From positions 1-10,087 of IMG/VR virus record IMGVR_UViG_2619619129_000007: a stretch of DNA of 10,087 nucleotides. One strand, written 5' to 3'. The stretch comes from a virus. Lineage: Duplodnaviria; Heunggongvirae; Uroviricota; Caudoviricetes. Under the pieces are notes generated by a model. That model saw only the letters and a list, made by a program, of their open reading frames with translations. It had not been told where the DNA came from and did no database searches. Shown piece by piece: positions 1-6,534 of this stretch (the stretch's first letter is position 1; each line of letters opens with the position of its first letter). The translations under genes were made by a program, and so were the position numbers.

Positions 1-674
1 ATTTCGCCCAGGGGATCACCATAATAAAATGCTGAGGCCTGGCCTTTGCGTAGTGCACGCATCACCTCAATACCTTTGATGGTGGCGTAAGCCGTCTTCA
101 TGGATTTAAATCCCAGCGTGGCGCCGATTATCCGTTTCAGTTTGCCATGATCGCATTCAATCACGTTGTTCCGGTACTTAATCTGTCGGTGTTCAACGTC
201 AGACGGGCACCGGCCTTCGCGTTTGAGCAGAGCAAGCGCGCGACCATAGGCGGGCGCTTTATCCGTGTTGATGAATCGCGGGATCTGCCACTTCTTCACG
301 TTGTTGAGGATTTTACCCAGAAACCGGTATGCAGCTTTGCTGTTACGACGGGAGGAGAGATAAAAATCGACAGTGCGGCCCCGGCTGTCGACGGCCCGGT
401 ACAGATACGCCCAGCGGCCATTGACCTTCACGTAGGTTTCATCCATGTGCCACGGGCAAAGATCGGAAGGGTTACGCCAGTACCAGCGCAGCCGTTTTTC
501 CATTTCAGGCGCATAACGCTGAACCCAGCGGTAAATCGTGGAGTGATCGACATTCACTCCGCGTTCAGCCAGCATCTCCTGCAGCTCACGGTAACTGATG
601 CCGTATTTGCAGTACCAGCGTACGGCCCACAGAATGATGTCACGCTGAAAATGCCGGCCTTTGAATGGGTTCAT
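1..674 (-). CDS. tnpA: IS26 DDE transposase (Tnp26), 3' end truncated by the window edge
   Basis: Minus-strand ATG at 674-672 translates MNPFKGRHFQRDIILWAVRWYCKYGISYRELQEMLAERGVNVDHSTIYRWVQRYAPEMEKRL... and runs out of the window at ...FYYGDPLGE, with 224 full codons visible. The + strand track ORF 147..860 is its antisense shadow. Confidence 0.9.
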   Translation of the reverse strand, partial: MNPFKGRHFQRDIILWAVRWYCKYGISYRELQEMLAERGVNVDHSTIYRWVQRYAPEMEKRLRWYWRNPSDLCPWHMDETYVKVNGRWAYLYRAVDSRGRTVDFYLSSRRNSKAAYRFLGKILNNVKKWQIPRFINTDKAPAYGRALALLKREGRCPSDVEHRQIKYRNNVIECDHGKLKRIIGATLGFKSMKTAYATIKGIEVMRALRKGQASAFYYGDPLGE

Positions 675-723
675 GTGCAGCTCCATCAGCAAAAGGGGAT
701 GATAAGTTTATCACCACCGACTA

Positions 724-737
724 TTTGCAACAGTGCC
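724..737. repeat. IS26 14-bp terminal inverted repeat (left end, IRL)
   Basis: TTTGCAACAGTGCC on the + strand is the reverse complement of the IS26 terminal repeat GGCACTGTTGCAAA; it sits 63 bp upstream of the transposase ATG, as in IS26. Confidence 0.85.
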
Positions 738-815
738 ATAGATTCTTACGTAGCGTTTCTGGCGTGCATTTTCGGGTGGTTTGTTACTGTTTTTAACGGG
801 GATACGTCAGAAACG

Positions 816-834
816 CGCTCAGGCCGTCTGAGCG
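816..834 (-). terminator. Possible weak terminator hairpin downstream of the 357-aa minus-strand gene
   Basis: CGCTCAG-GCCGT-CTGAGCG gives a 7-bp perfect stem with a 5-nt loop. On the minus strand it is followed by GCGUUUCUGACG, an interrupted U tract, so termination is uncertain. Confidence 0.3.
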
Positions 835-937
835 GTACGCGTAATGAGGCGTTATGGTAAATAGCCTATGCTAATGTCCGCTAAGAGCGAGGAGCAGACG
901 TTGAAGGCTAAAAGAAGGCTACTGAATTTGTGGCGAT

Positions 938-2011
938 TCAGTCTTCATCCGCACAATGTGGGCAGCCCGTATACCTCATTGTCTCGCCCATTGCTTCACA
1001 GGGAGTCCCACAAATTTCACAAGTATCATAGCCTGTATGGATCTCAAGACATCGTGTGCACAGGAAGTTCTCGCCAAACACACAGACCGTTTCATGGCCC
1101 TCACAGTGAGCGCAATTTGCTAGGCCATCGGGATACATCATTTCGTCCACATGACGAAAATTCTCCTCATCAAGCAAGTTATACCTTGAGAGTTCTGCGT
1201 TACAGGTGCGGCAGATGAAGGTATCGTCATCTTCTTCTTCCACCGGCAGAACCTGGTCTGTATCACACTCAGGACAGGTAAACTTTACATGGCGCTCTGA
1301 GTGAAAACAGACGCGACAAGTTTGCTCATAAACGGTAGGACCGTTCTTCCCGACGGCAAGAATTTCCATGATGGCTGCTGGCTTGTGGCAAATGGTGCAG
1401 GGATGAAATTCAGCGCCCTCAGTCGCAAGTTGTTCCAGCTCGGGCTGGATATGTTTCAGACGGGCTTCGGCATAAAACTCGTTGCCTCGCAGGAGTTGTG
1501 TTTCACCTAATGCCAGTGCCCAGTTGTGTGGTGAAGCAAAATGCTGTTGCCAGTCTTCACGCATTAGTCGGTTCAGTGCAAACCATGCCCGAGCCTGTTC
1601 AGCCAGAATGGTCTCCACCTCAGAATCACTAAAAGCTGTATGAAAGAAATGAACTACACGGTTTCGGTGATTGCGAATGGTATTAAACACAGCTTCGGTT
1701 TCTTTAGGCAGGGGCTTTTCAAGGATATCCCTCAACCGGGTACAGACATCATCAAAGGACACCGACTGAAAATCACCGGCAAGGTAGCTTTTACGCGATA
1801 CTTTTTTACCGCTGCAGACCAGCGTCCAGTGTTCGCTGGCAAGGGGTACCTTGAGCAAAATTTCTACAGCTATCCAGAAACTAACTACCGAGTGTTTGTA
1901 CTGTTTGGCCTCGAACTCTTCACGTGCCTTATCCAGAAAATCCATGCCATTCTTAATGAGAGCCGCCACATCAGCTGCGAGAGGGGCAGGTAATTTTGTT
2001 CGTGTATGCAT
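938..2011 (-). CDS. Hypothetical protein (357 aa): N-terminal alpha-helical HEPN-like domain (candidate RNase motif R-N-R-V-V-H) plus four tandem C-terminal Cys4 zinc ribbons; candidate defence/abortive-infection effector
   Basis: Long uninterrupted minus-strand ORF. Preferred start is the ATG at 2011 (MHTRTKL...), preceded by GGAG with 6-nt spacing; the track's GTG at 2029 is 6 codons upstream. Residues 116-121 are RNRVVH, fitting the Rx4-6H HEPN motif. The C-terminal 150 aa carry eight CxxC pairs (CTIC, CRVC, CPEC, CRTC, CAHC, CTRC, CEIC, CPHC). No named family recognised. Confidence 0.8.
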   Translation of the reverse strand: MHTRTKLPAPLAADVAALIKNGMDFLDKAREEFEAKQYKHSVVSFWIAVEILLKVPLASEHWTLVCSGKKVSRKSYLAGDFQSVSFDDVCTRLRDILEKPLPKETEAVFNTIRNHRNRVVHFFHTAFSDSEVETILAEQARAWFALNRLMREDWQQHFASPHNWALALGETQLLRGNEFYAEARLKHIQPELEQLATEGAEFHPCTICHKPAAIMEILAVGKNGPTVYEQTCRVCFHSERHVKFTCPECDTDQVLPVEEEDDDTFICRTCNAELSRYNLLDEENFRHVDEMMYPDGLANCAHCEGHETVCVFGENFLCTRCLEIHTGYDTCEICGTPCEAMGETMRYTGCPHCADED

Positions 2012-2481
2012 CCTGATCTCCGTTATCACGGGGGGCCGGCAGCTGCTGCAGAGATTAGTGGGTATAGAGGATAAATCTTAGTTGCTGGCTGGCCACCACA
2101 TCGAGGGCAAAGACTTTGGTGTTGACCTCATTGCACTCAAACTTCTCATGCACCATCAGCCATTGCAGGATCTTCGGATGAACAAGGCCATACAACAGGT
2201 GCATTACAAGACTGATCCTACCCAATGTGAGCAAGACCCTAGCGAGGTTATAGTTTCAATAAATTCCGAGCTGAGTCCGCCACAGCACAGTGATTTCGCC
2301 ACCGATTGTAATCTCACTCGATAAAATTAAACACAGTTATTCGCATCATTTCCCGGCTGGCAATGCGTTCACCGTGGATGCCATATTAGATAGCTCCCTT
2401 GGAAACCCTTAACGTCCGCTCCTGGCACAAAGCGGACAGTGATCACCGTTCTTACGACTACTTTCTGACTTCCTTCGTGAC

Positions 2482-2540
2482 TTGCCCTAAGCATGTTGTA
2501 GTGCGATACTTGTAATGACATTTGTAATTACAAGAGGTGT
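2482..2540 (+). promoter_or_regulatory. relBE promoter with relO operator repeats and relB ribosome-binding site
   Basis: TTGCCC (2482-2487), 17-bp spacer, GATACT (2505-2510). This overlaps the tandem operator repeats TTGTAATGACAT and TTGTAATTACAA (2509-2534), followed by AGAGGTG and the relB ATG at 2546. RelB/RelE autoregulation at such repeats is established knowledge. Confidence 0.6.
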
Positions 2541-2545
2541 AAGAC

Positions 2546-2785
2546 ATGGGTAGCATTAACCTGCGTATTGACGATGAACTTAAAGCGCGTTCTTACGCCG
2601 CGCTTGAAAAAATGGGCGTAACTCCTTCTGAAGCGCTTCGTCTCATGCTCGAGTATATCGCTGACAATGAACGCTTGCCGTTCAAACAGACACTCCTGAG
2701 TGATGAAGATGCTGAACTTGTGGAGATAGTGAAAGAACGGCTTCGTAAGCCTAAGCCAGTACGTGTGACGCTGGATGAACTCTGA
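2546..2785 (+). CDS. relB: RelB antitoxin (type II TA, ribbon-helix-helix)
   Basis: 79-aa translation MGSINLRIDDELKARSYAALEKMGVTPSEALRLMLEYIADNERLPFKQTLLSDEDAELVEIVKERLRKPKPVRVTLDEL is near-identical to E. coli K-12 RelB as I recall it. Its stop overlaps the relE start (TGATG). Confidence 0.93.
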   Translation: MGSINLRIDDELKARSYAALEKMGVTPSEALRLMLEYIADNERLPFKQTLLSDEDAELVEIVKERLRKPKPVRVTLDEL

Positions 2786-3072
2786 TGGCGTATTTTCTGG
2801 ATTTTGACGAGCGGGCACTAAAGGAATGGCGAAAGCTGGGCTCGACGGTACGTGAACAGTTGAAAAAGAAGCTGGTTGAAGTACTTGAGTCACCCCGGAT
2901 TGAAGCAAACAAGCTCCGTGGTATGCCTGATTGTTACAAGATTAAGCTCCGGTCTTCAGGCTATCGCCTTGTATACCAGGTTATAGACGAGAAAGTTGTC
3001 GTTTTCGTGATTTCTGTTGGGAAAAGAGAACGCTCGGAAGTATATAGCGAGGCGGTCAAACGCATTCTCTGA
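2785..3072 (+). CDS. relE: RelE toxin (ribosome-dependent mRNA interferase)
   Basis: 95-aa translation MAYFLDFDERALKEWRKLGSTVREQLKKKLVEVLESPRIEANKLRGMPDCYKIKLRSSGYRLVYQVIDEKVVVFVISVGKRERSEVYSEAVKRIL matches E. coli RelE in length and sequence from memory; translationally coupled to relB. Confidence 0.93.
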   Translation: MAYFLDFDERALKEWRKLGSTVREQLKKKLVEVLESPRIEANKLRGMPDCYKIKLRSSGYRLVYQVIDEKVVVFVISVGKRERSEVYSEAVKRIL

Positions 3073-3143
3073 ACCAAAGCATGACATCTCTGTTTCGCAC
3101 CGAAGGTGACACTTCTGCTTTGCGTTGACAGGAGAAGCAGGCT

Positions 3144-3299
3144 ATGAAGCAGCAAAAGGCGATGTTAATCGCCCTGATCGTCATCTGTTTAACCGTCATA
3201 GTGACGGCACTGGTAACGAGGAAAGACCTCTACGAGGTACGAATCCGAACCGGCCAGACGGAGGTCGCTGTCTTCACAGCTTACGAACCTGAGGAGTAA
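3144..3299 (+). CDS. hokD: Hok-family type I membrane toxin (HokD/RelF-like, 51 aa), third gene of the relBEF operon; carries Tyr at the usually conserved Cys position
   Basis: Not in the ORF track (under 60 aa). ATG at 3144 preceded by GGAGAAG; translation MKQQKAMLIALIVICLTVIVTALVTRKDLYEVRIRTGQTEVAVFTAYEPEE. Hok/Gef proteins normally read RKDLCEV here; this copy has TAC (Tyr). Confidence 0.85.
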   Translation: MKQQKAMLIALIVICLTVIVTALVTRKDLYEVRIRTGQTEVAVFTAYEPEE

Positions 3300-3306
3300 G
3301 AGACCA

Positions 3307-3328
3307 GGCGAGGGAGAAATCCCTCGCC
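3307..3328 (+). other. Stable GNRA-tetraloop hairpin in the hokD 3' untranslated region (possible fold-back/stability element)
   Basis: GGCGAGGGA-GAAA-TCCCTCGCC: 9-bp perfect stem closed by a GAAA loop, 8 nt after the hokD stop, with no U tract following. Confidence 0.5.
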
Positions 3329-3367
3329 ACCTCTGATGAGTCAGGCATCCTCAACGCACCCGCACTT

Positions 3368-3394
3368 AACCCGCTTCGGCGGGTTTTGTTTTTT
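3368..3394 (+). terminator. Rho-independent terminator ending the relB-relE-hokD operon
   Basis: CCCGC-TTCG-GCGGG stem-loop (3370-3383) followed by TTTTGTTTTTT. Confidence 0.65.
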
Positions 3395-3466
3395 CCTGGC
3401 ATTCTGGTTTACAATTCGCACGCCAGCCTGAACAACTGGCACCTGCTGCGCCAGCAGAGACAACCG

Positions 3467-3745
3467 ATGGCGCACGATACCAAATTACACAATTCTGATG
3501 ATTCTGCCGTCTTTGCCAGCAGGCACGGGCGGCGTTCCCGCACTTTCAAATCTGACTGGTTCCAGCATCCCCCATGCACTGAAGAACAGGCCGAGTGGCT
3601 AATTCAGTGCTACCGCAGACACGGATACGAGATTAAGAAAGCCCTCAGCCTCGATTATCGTCACTGGATAATCTCCGTCAGGCTTCCTTACTCCGAGCGC
3701 CCACCGCGTCCGTCCCGCACATACCAGCAACGGATCTGGAGGTAA
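3467..3745 (+). CDS. Hypothetical small protein, Rem-like by position (between hokD and ydfU as in K-12 Qin)
   Basis: ORF MAHDTKLHNSDDSAVFASRHGRRSRTFKSDWFQHPPCTEEQAEWLIQCYRRHGYEIKKALSLDYRHWIISVRLPYSERPPRPSRTYQQRIWR. The first in-frame ATG is at 3467; the track's 3386 start is a TTG inside the terminator U tract. The stop lies within GGAGGTAACGTG, which supplies the RBS and GTG start of the next gene. Identity to rem is positional only. Confidence 0.5.
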   Translation: MAHDTKLHNSDDSAVFASRHGRRSRTFKSDWFQHPPCTEEQAEWLIQCYRRHGYEIKKALSLDYRHWIISVRLPYSERPPRPSRTYQQRIWR

Positions 3746-3746
3746 C

Positions 3747-4796
3747 GTGCGGATATTACTTCGACCTGTTCTGGTACCGGAACTCGGGCTTGTGGTCCTT
3801 AGGCCGGGCTGTGAATCCATGCAAGTATTTCATAACCCTCGAGTGCTGGTGGAGCCTGAACCGAAAAGCATGCGTAATCTGCCGTCCGGGGTCGTTCCTG
3901 CCGTTCGCCAGCCGCTAGTGGAAGACAAAACATTGCTGCCGTTTTTCAGTAACGCACGGGTGATTCGTGCTGCTGGTGGTGCTGGTGCATTGTCTGACTG
4001 GCTGTTGCGCCATATTAAATCCTGCCAGTGGCCACACGGCGATTATCATCACAGCGAAACCGTCATTCACCGTTATGGTACCGGCGCAATGGTGTTGTGC
4101 TGGCACTGCGACAACCAGTTGCGTGACCAGACATCCGAATCACTCGAGCAACTTGCTCATCAAAACCTGTCAGCATGGATGATTGACGTCATCGGTCACG
4201 CAATAAGCGGTACGCAGGAGCGTGAATTATCTCTGGCTGAATTATCCTGGTGGGCGGTCCGCAATCAGGTGGCGGACGCGCTACCGGAAGCGGTATTACG
4301 TCGTTCGCTGGGGTTGCGTGCGGAAAAAATCCGCTCAATGTACCGTGAAAGCGACATCGTGCCGGGAGAGCAGACCGCCACCAGCATACTGAAACAGCGC
4401 ACAAAAAATCTTGCGCCGCTGCCTCACGCCCACCAGCAACAGAACCCACCACAGGAAAAGACGGTGGTCAGCATTGCCGTTGATCCTGAGTCTCCGGAAT
4501 CTTTCATGAAACGACCTAAACGTCGCCGCTGGGTTAACGAGAAATACACACGCTGGGTGAAGACACAGCCGTGTGCGTGTTGTGGTAAGCCAGCCGACGA
4601 TCCCCATCACCTGATTGGTCATGGTCAGGGCGGAATGGGGACAAAATCTCACGATATTTTCACGCTACCGCTGTGTCGGGAGCATCACAACGAGCTTCAT
4701 GCGGATCCGCTGGCGTTCGAAGAAAAGCATGGTTCTCAGGTTGATTTAATTTTTCGTTTTCTTGATCACGCCTTTGCAACTGGCGTGCTTGGGTAA
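3747..4796 (+). CDS. ydfU: DUF968-family protein (YdfU-like), with a C-terminal HNH-like Cys/His motif
   Basis: 349-aa ORF from a GTG at 3747 with GGAGG 5 nt upstream. The C-terminus carries CACCGKPADDPHHLIGHGQGG...CREHHNELH. Length and position match my recollection of K-12 Qin ydfU. Confidence 0.72.
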   Translation: MRILLRPVLVPELGLVVLRPGCESMQVFHNPRVLVEPEPKSMRNLPSGVVPAVRQPLVEDKTLLPFFSNARVIRAAGGAGALSDWLLRHIKSCQWPHGDYHHSETVIHRYGTGAMVLCWHCDNQLRDQTSESLEQLAHQNLSAWMIDVIGHAISGTQERELSLAELSWWAVRNQVADALPEAVLRRSLGLRAEKIRSMYRESDIVPGEQTATSILKQRTKNLAPLPHAHQQQNPPQEKTVVSIAVDPESPESFMKRPKRRRWVNEKYTRWVKTQPCACCGKPADDPHHLIGHGQGGMGTKSHDIFTLPLCREHHNELHADPLAFEEKHGSQVDLIFRFLDHAFATGVLG

Positions 4797-4808
4797 AAGA
4801 GGTGACTG

Positions 4809-5165
4809 ATGCTCATAGATTTGGTTTTACCTTACCCACCGACGGTGAACACTTACTGGCGACGCCGTGGCAGCACATATTTTATCTCGGAGGAGGGAAA
4901 GCGTTATCGCCGGGCTGTGGCGCTTATTGTTCGCCAGCAGCGGCTGAAATTAAGCCTGTCCGGAAGGCTGGCGATAAAGGTGATTGCAGAGCCACCGGAT
5001 AAGCGTCGTCGCGACCTGGACAATATCCTGAAAGCACCGCTGGATGCGCTGACGCATGCGGGAGTGTTAATGGACGATGAGCAGTTTGATGAAATCAATA
5101 TCGTTCGTGGTCAGCCAGTATCTGGTGGACGTCTGGGGGTGAAGATTTACCCCATAATGCATTAA
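4809..5165 (+). CDS. rusA: RusA-family Holliday junction resolvase
   Basis: 118-aa translation contains PPDKRRRDLDNILKAPLDALTHAGVLMDDEQ, matching the RusA acidic catalytic region and size; RBS AGAGGTG upstream; sits just upstream of Q as in lambdoid phages. Confidence 0.85.
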   Translation: MLIDLVLPYPPTVNTYWRRRGSTYFISEEGKRYRRAVALIVRQQRLKLSLSGRLAIKVIAEPPDKRRRDLDNILKAPLDALTHAGVLMDDEQFDEINIVRGQPVSGGRLGVKIYPIMH

Positions 5166-5179
5166 GAGCAGGTCAAAAA

Positions 5180-6001
5180 ATGAAACTGGAAGATTTACCG
5201 AAATACTACTCCCCAAAATCCCCTGGCCTGACCGATGCATCGGCCTCAACGTCAAAAGATGCGCTGAGTATCACTGATGTGATGGCCGCGCAGGGCATGA
5301 CACAGAATCGGGCTGAGATGGGTTTTTCTGCGTTCCTGGGGAAAATGGGCATCAGTATGAATGACAGGGCGCGGGCAACAGAATTACTGGCAGATTATGC
5401 ACTCAGTCGGTGCGATCGTGTGGCGGCGTTGAGAAAACTTCCGGCAGAAATAAAACCGGTAGTGATGCGCATTATGGCTTCGTACGCTTTTGAGGATTAT
5501 GCCCGTAGCGCAGCGAGTAAAAAGCAGTGCCCTTGTTGCTATGGGGAAAAATTTATTGAAAGCGTAGTTTTTACAAACAAGGTCCAGTATCCGGATGGTA
5601 AGCCGCCGGTATGGGCAAAGTGTACGAAAGGTGTGTATTCGTCTTACTGGGAAGAATGGAAAAAAGTCAGGGAGGTGGTAAAAGTTGCCTGTCCGGAGTG
5701 TGGCGGAAAGGGTGAGGTTTCCACCGCCTGTAAGGATTGCCGTGGGCGTGGTGTCGCCATTCATCGTGAAGAGTCGGTAAAACGTGGTATGCCTGTTATC
5801 AGAGACTGCCAGCGTTGTGGTGGTCGTGGCTATGAAAGACTACCATCAACGGAGGCATTTAATGCTATATGCGAGGTGACAAACCAGATAACACGCGCGT
5901 CATGGGAAAAAACAGTTAAGAAATTCTATGATGCGCTGGTGACCCGGTTTGATGTTGAAGAAGCATGGGCTGAGCGGCAGTTAAAAAAGGTAACTAGGTA
6001 A
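5180..6001 (+). CDS. Late-gene antitermination protein Q-like (273 aa) with DnaJ-like CxxCxGxG zinc-finger repeats
   Basis: Located between rusA and a pR'/tR'-like promoter-terminator pair. Contains CPCCYGEKF, CPECGGKGEV, CKDCRGRGV and CQRCGGRGYE. Assignment rests on position and these motifs, not on an alignment. Confidence 0.7.
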   Translation: MKLEDLPKYYSPKSPGLTDASASTSKDALSITDVMAAQGMTQNRAEMGFSAFLGKMGISMNDRARATELLADYALSRCDRVAALRKLPAEIKPVVMRIMASYAFEDYARSAASKKQCPCCYGEKFIESVVFTNKVQYPDGKPPVWAKCTKGVYSSYWEEWKKVREVVKVACPECGGKGEVSTACKDCRGRGVAIHREESVKRGMPVIRDCQRCGGRGYERLPSTEAFNAICEVTNQITRASWEKTVKKFYDALVTRFDVEEAWAERQLKKVTR

Positions 6002-6006
6002 CAAGG

Positions 6007-6034
6007 TTGATTTTTCCGGAATCTGTGGTAAATT
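6007..6034 (+). promoter_or_regulatory. Candidate late promoter pR' (extended -10) immediately downstream of Q
   Basis: TTGATT (6007-6012), 16-bp spacer, TGgTAAATT (6026-6034), placed as pR' is in lambdoid phages. Confidence 0.5.
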
Positions 6035-6082
6035 CGTCATAATAATGGGCTTTTTATGCCTGACGTTAGAAGAGTTTCTACA

Positions 6083-6107
6083 ACCCGCCGCCGAGCGGGT
6101 TTTTTAT
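6083..6107 (+). terminator. tR'-like intrinsic terminator (expected Q antitermination target)
   Basis: CCCGC-CGCCGA-GCGGG hairpin followed by TTTTTTATT, about 60 nt downstream of the candidate pR'. Confidence 0.6.
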
Positions 6108-6144
6108 TGCGGAATTAATTACGGACCGTTATTATTCTGCTCCC

Positions 6145-6220
6145 GGCCCTTTAGCTCAGTGGTGAGAGCGAGCGACTCATAATCGCCAGGTCGCTGGTTC
6201 AAATCCAGCAAGGGCCACCA
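6145..6220 (+). tRNA. ileZ: tRNA with CAU anticodon, ileX/ileZ-like (tRNA-Ile2, lysidine-type; tRNA-Met not excluded), CCA encoded
   Basis: Manual cloverleaf: acceptor GGCCCTT/AAGGGCC, D-arm GCTC...GAGC, anticodon loop CTCATAA (CAT at 6178-6180), T-arm GCTGG-TTCAAAT-CCAGC, discriminator A plus CCA. Resembles E. coli ileX from memory. Confidence 0.85.
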
Positions 6221-6320
6221 TCACAAACCGCCATTAGCTTATCAGGAAGAGCAGACGACACGATAACAGGGTTGTTGGTGCGGGGGCGGGTCCCCGATGG
6301 CGGTCCATTATCGGTATTCA

Positions 6321-6394
6321 GCGTTGTTAGCTCAGCCGGACAGAGCAATTGCCTTCTAAGCAATCGGTCACTGGTTCGAATCCAGTACAGCGCG
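6321..6394 (+). tRNA. argO: tRNA-Arg (anticodon UCU), argO-like, CCA not encoded
   Basis: Manual cloverleaf: acceptor GCGTTGT/ACAGCGC (one G-U pair), anticodon stem ATTGC/GCAAT, loop CTTCTAA (TCT at 6355-6357), T-arm ACTGG-TTCGAAT-CCAGT, discriminator G. Confidence 0.85.
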
Positions 6395-6534
6395 CTATAT
6401 TCATTCTTCCAGATTCCTTCCGGCAGAGCCTTATACTGAAATATACCTGGCTCAGGATATTGTTGAAAATATTTTATGTTTGTCAAAAATAAAAGTTCTG
6501 TTAAGTATTGATTGAGTGTTTGTTATACGGTCTA

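Larger units (their letters stand above)
1..737 (-). mobile_element. IS26 (IS6 family) insertion sequence, partial; the rest of the ~820-bp element lies beyond the window start
   Basis: Reverse complement of 661-737 reads GGCACTGTTGCAAATAGTCGGTGGTGATAAACTTATCATCCCCTTTTGCTGATGGAGCTGCACATGAACCCATTCAA, which I recognise as the IS26 left end plus the start of its transposase. Identification is from memory, not a search. Confidence 0.9.

Noticed and set aside
147-860. 237-aa + strand ORF from the track
   Set aside because: Lies entirely antisense to the recognisable IS26 transposase and crosses the IS26 terminal repeat; an antisense shadow ORF.
868-2081. + strand track ORFs 868..1218, 1301..1510, 1640..1993 and 1851..2081
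   Set aside because: All lie antisense to the long 357-aa minus-strand ORF, which has the RBS and a coherent domain layout; none has a convincing start context.
2082-2324. 80-aa + strand ORF in the intergenic region upstream of relB
   Set aside because: No RBS, no recognisable motifs, and it would read through the relBE promoter region; kept only as part of the intergenic finding.
2528-2908. 126-aa minus-strand ORF
   Set aside because: Antisense to relB and relE, which are confidently identified.
2961-3155. 64-aa minus-strand ORF spanning the relE 3' end and the relE-hokD gap
   Set aside because: Antisense to relE and to the hokD start region, with no RBS or recognisable motif; a chance open frame.
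3386-3466. N-terminal extension of the rem-like ORF (track start 3386)
   Set aside because: The start is a TTG inside the hokD terminator U tract with no RBS; the first in-frame ATG at 3467 is used instead.
3599-4652. Track ORFs 3599..3820 (-), 3915..4106 (-), 3967..4182 (+), 4189..4452 (-) and 4335..4652 (-)
   Set aside because: Nested in or antisense to the rem-like and ydfU-like genes; consistent with chance open frames in GC-rich coding DNA.
4802-5764. Track ORFs 4802..5002 (+), 4904..5098 (-), 5067..5255 (-) and 5384..5764 (-)
   Set aside because: Alternative-frame or antisense overlaps of rusA and the Q-like gene, both of which have recognisable products.
6221-6320. Possible third tRNA between the two tRNAs (three are present in some Stx phages)
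   Set aside because: No cloverleaf and no GTTCRAnnC T-loop motif could be found by eye; at most a degraded remnant.
6199-6486. 95-aa minus-strand ORF
   Set aside because: Overlaps both tRNA genes on the opposite strand.
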